NCBI GenBank assembly: GCA_964450205.1
Contig: CAYVCR010000002.1
Coordinates: 1 to 37,165, forward strand
DNA: 37,165 nucleotides
From: an uncultured Oscillospiraceae bacterium
GTDB taxonomy: Bacteria > Bacillota > Clostridia > Oscillospirales > Oscillospiraceae
Reading direction: 5' to 3'
Notes under the pieces: model-generated
The model's input: only the letters and a program-made list of their open reading frames with translations
Database searches by the model: none
Told to the model about the DNA's origin: nothing
Shown here: one piece after another, positions 35,798-37,165 of the stretch
How the letters are laid out: every line of letters begins with the position of its first letter
Position numbering within the stretch: position 1 is the stretch's first letter
Translations under genes and position numbers: made by a program

Positions 35798-36664
35798 TTA
35801 TCGAGCTACATCCAACCGGGAGGTCAGGTGCATAGGGGTATGGGTGATGGGGTGAATGAAAATCAATTCCTTAGCGCACAATGCCTGCGTATGCAAACCC
35901 ATAGTATCGGACATGTCTTTGGAATCCTCCGAACCGTACTGGGGATCGCCCAGAATAGGGAATCCCATGTACGCGCAGTGAACACGGAGCTGGTGGGTAC
36001 GGCCGGTGATGGGGCGTAATGCTAGTTTACATAACATTTCATGTCGTTCCAGGACCATGTATTCCGTGACGGAAGGTTTTCCCTCCGGGTGTACCTGCCG
36101 CAGCAGGCTGGGCAGCGGCTTACGGGCAATGGGGGCATCGATGGTTCCCCCGTCCGTATCCGGGCCGCCGTATACCAACGCATGGTAGATCTTTTGCACT
36201 GGGGTCTGCTGGAGCAGAGTATGAACATGGGAATTCTTTGCCAGCAACACGATGCCAAAGGTATCCCGGTCCAGCCGGGTCACCGGATGGAAAGCACAGC
36301 TTTGACCTGTTTTTTGATAGTAAGCCACGACCCTGTTTGCCAGCGTGCCGGACATGGTGGCTCGTGAAGGGTGGATCAGCACGCCCACCGGTTTGTCCAC
36401 CGCCAGGATATGCGCGTCCTCATAAAGGACTGTCAGTTCGCCATCCTCGGCAGGATACTCCGGCACCTGCTCGTCCAGAAGGGCGGTGATCACGTCGCCG
36501 GGCTGCACAGGAAAATCCGCATGGCGGGGCACGCCATTCACATAGAGCTTATCCTGCCACTTGAGCCGGTTCATGAGGCCCGTGGACATACCCATTTCAT
36601 TTTTCAGGAATGTGGACAGCCGCCCCTGCCGGGTGGCGATATGTTTCAGTTCCAAGGGACTCAC
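35798..36664 (-). CDS. RluA/RluD-family pseudouridine synthase
   Basis: S4-like N-terminus; VDKP, RLDRDTFG, TGRTHQLRVH and ILGDPQYG motifs; GTG start with GAGGAG RBS. Confidence 0.92.
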   Translation of the reverse strand: MSPLELKHIATRQGRLSTFLKNEMGMSTGLMNRLKWQDKLYVNGVPRHADFPVQPGDVITALLDEQVPEYPAEDGELTVLYEDAHILAVDKPVGVLIHPSRATMSGTLANRVVAYYQKTGQSCAFHPVTRLDRDTFGIVLLAKNSHVHTLLQQTPVQKIYHALVYGGPDTDGGTIDAPIARKPLPSLLRQVHPEGKPSVTEYMVLERHEMLCKLALRPITGRTHQLRVHCAYMGFPILGDPQYGSEDSKDMSDTMGLHTQALCAKELIFIHPITHTPMHLTSRLDVAR

Positions 36665-36718
36665 CTCCTCATATACTTTTCTTTATCCAGTGAATTTCTT
36701 GCGTACTTTCTGAAATGC

Positions 36719-36831
36719 GTCATTCTGAGCGAGCGTTAGCGAGTCGAAGAATCTTCCCATTATCAGCCCTGCGGAGCAGAAACCCAGTGCGAAGATCCTT
36801 CGACTCCGGCTTTGCCTCCGCTCAGGATGAC
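36719..36831 (-). repeat. REP/MITE-like palindromic element, copy B
   Basis: GTCATTCTGAGCGAGCG..GAAGAATCT..AGATCCTTCG..CTCAGGATGAC; reverse complement aligns with 4997-5108. Confidence 0.8.
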
Positions 36832-37008
36832 GCTCCTAAGGAGCGTTGGATGGAACGGATTGCCACGTCGTCAAAGCACAAGACACAATGTTCCATTTCC
36901 TGCTTGCAGAAAATTTCACCCGTATCTTGGTTTCTCCTCTCCCCACAAAGGCCGTTCGCCTTTGCGGGGGGTCCATTTTGGCCGCCTCGCAATGACAGCT
37001 TTAATAGC

Positions 37009-37039
37009 AAAAAAGACCCTGTTTTCACAGGGTCTTTTT
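37009..37039 (-). terminator. Terminator after rplT
   Basis: AAAAAAGACCCTG-loop-CAGGGTCTTTTT. Confidence 0.8.
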
Positions 37040-37052
37040 AAAGAACTCTAAA

Positions 37053-37165
37053 TTACAGAGCAGCCTTGGCCTTCTCGACCAGAGCTGCGAATGCAGATGC
37101 GTCCTGGATAGCCATCTCGGACAGGCTCTTGCGGTTCATCTCGATACCGGCCTTCTTCACACCGT
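37053..37165 (-). CDS. rplT: 50S ribosomal protein L20, 3' end (partial)
   Basis: Manual translation [36 protein letters not shown]. Confidence 0.9.
   Translation of the reverse strand, partial: GVKKAGIEMNRKSLSEMAIQDASAFAALVEKAKAAL

Overview
This is a chromosomal window from a GC-moderate anaerobic Firmicute. The gene content (Spo0A-like regulator, group B [FeFe] hydrogenase, lysine riboswitch) suggests a clostridial or Oscillospiraceae-like gut organism; that taxonomy is inference. It is mostly metabolic and accessory genes. Left half: partial metV, a lysine-riboswitch-controlled amino-acid ABC transporter, a barnase-like lipoprotein plus barstar, DUF1538 with two PII-like genes, a GH13 enzyme, an [FeFe] hydrogenase, tRNA-Pro and hcp. 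Right half: a fakB-fakA-MFS-plsC-hydrolase lipid operon, an OmpR-family two-component cluster, an APH-like kinase, a LytTR/DUF3021 pair, a His-rich P1B ATPase, ProX, ribokinase, RluA and the 3' end of rplT. No integrase, transposase or CRISPR array was seen. The most striking unexplained signal is a pair of paralogous non-coding transcription units (about 29271-29814 and 32886-33262). They share upstream and promoter sequence, internal motif blocks and a terminator, but differ in a variable middle, which makes them a candidate undescribed ncRNA family. All calls are by eye; no database searches were run.
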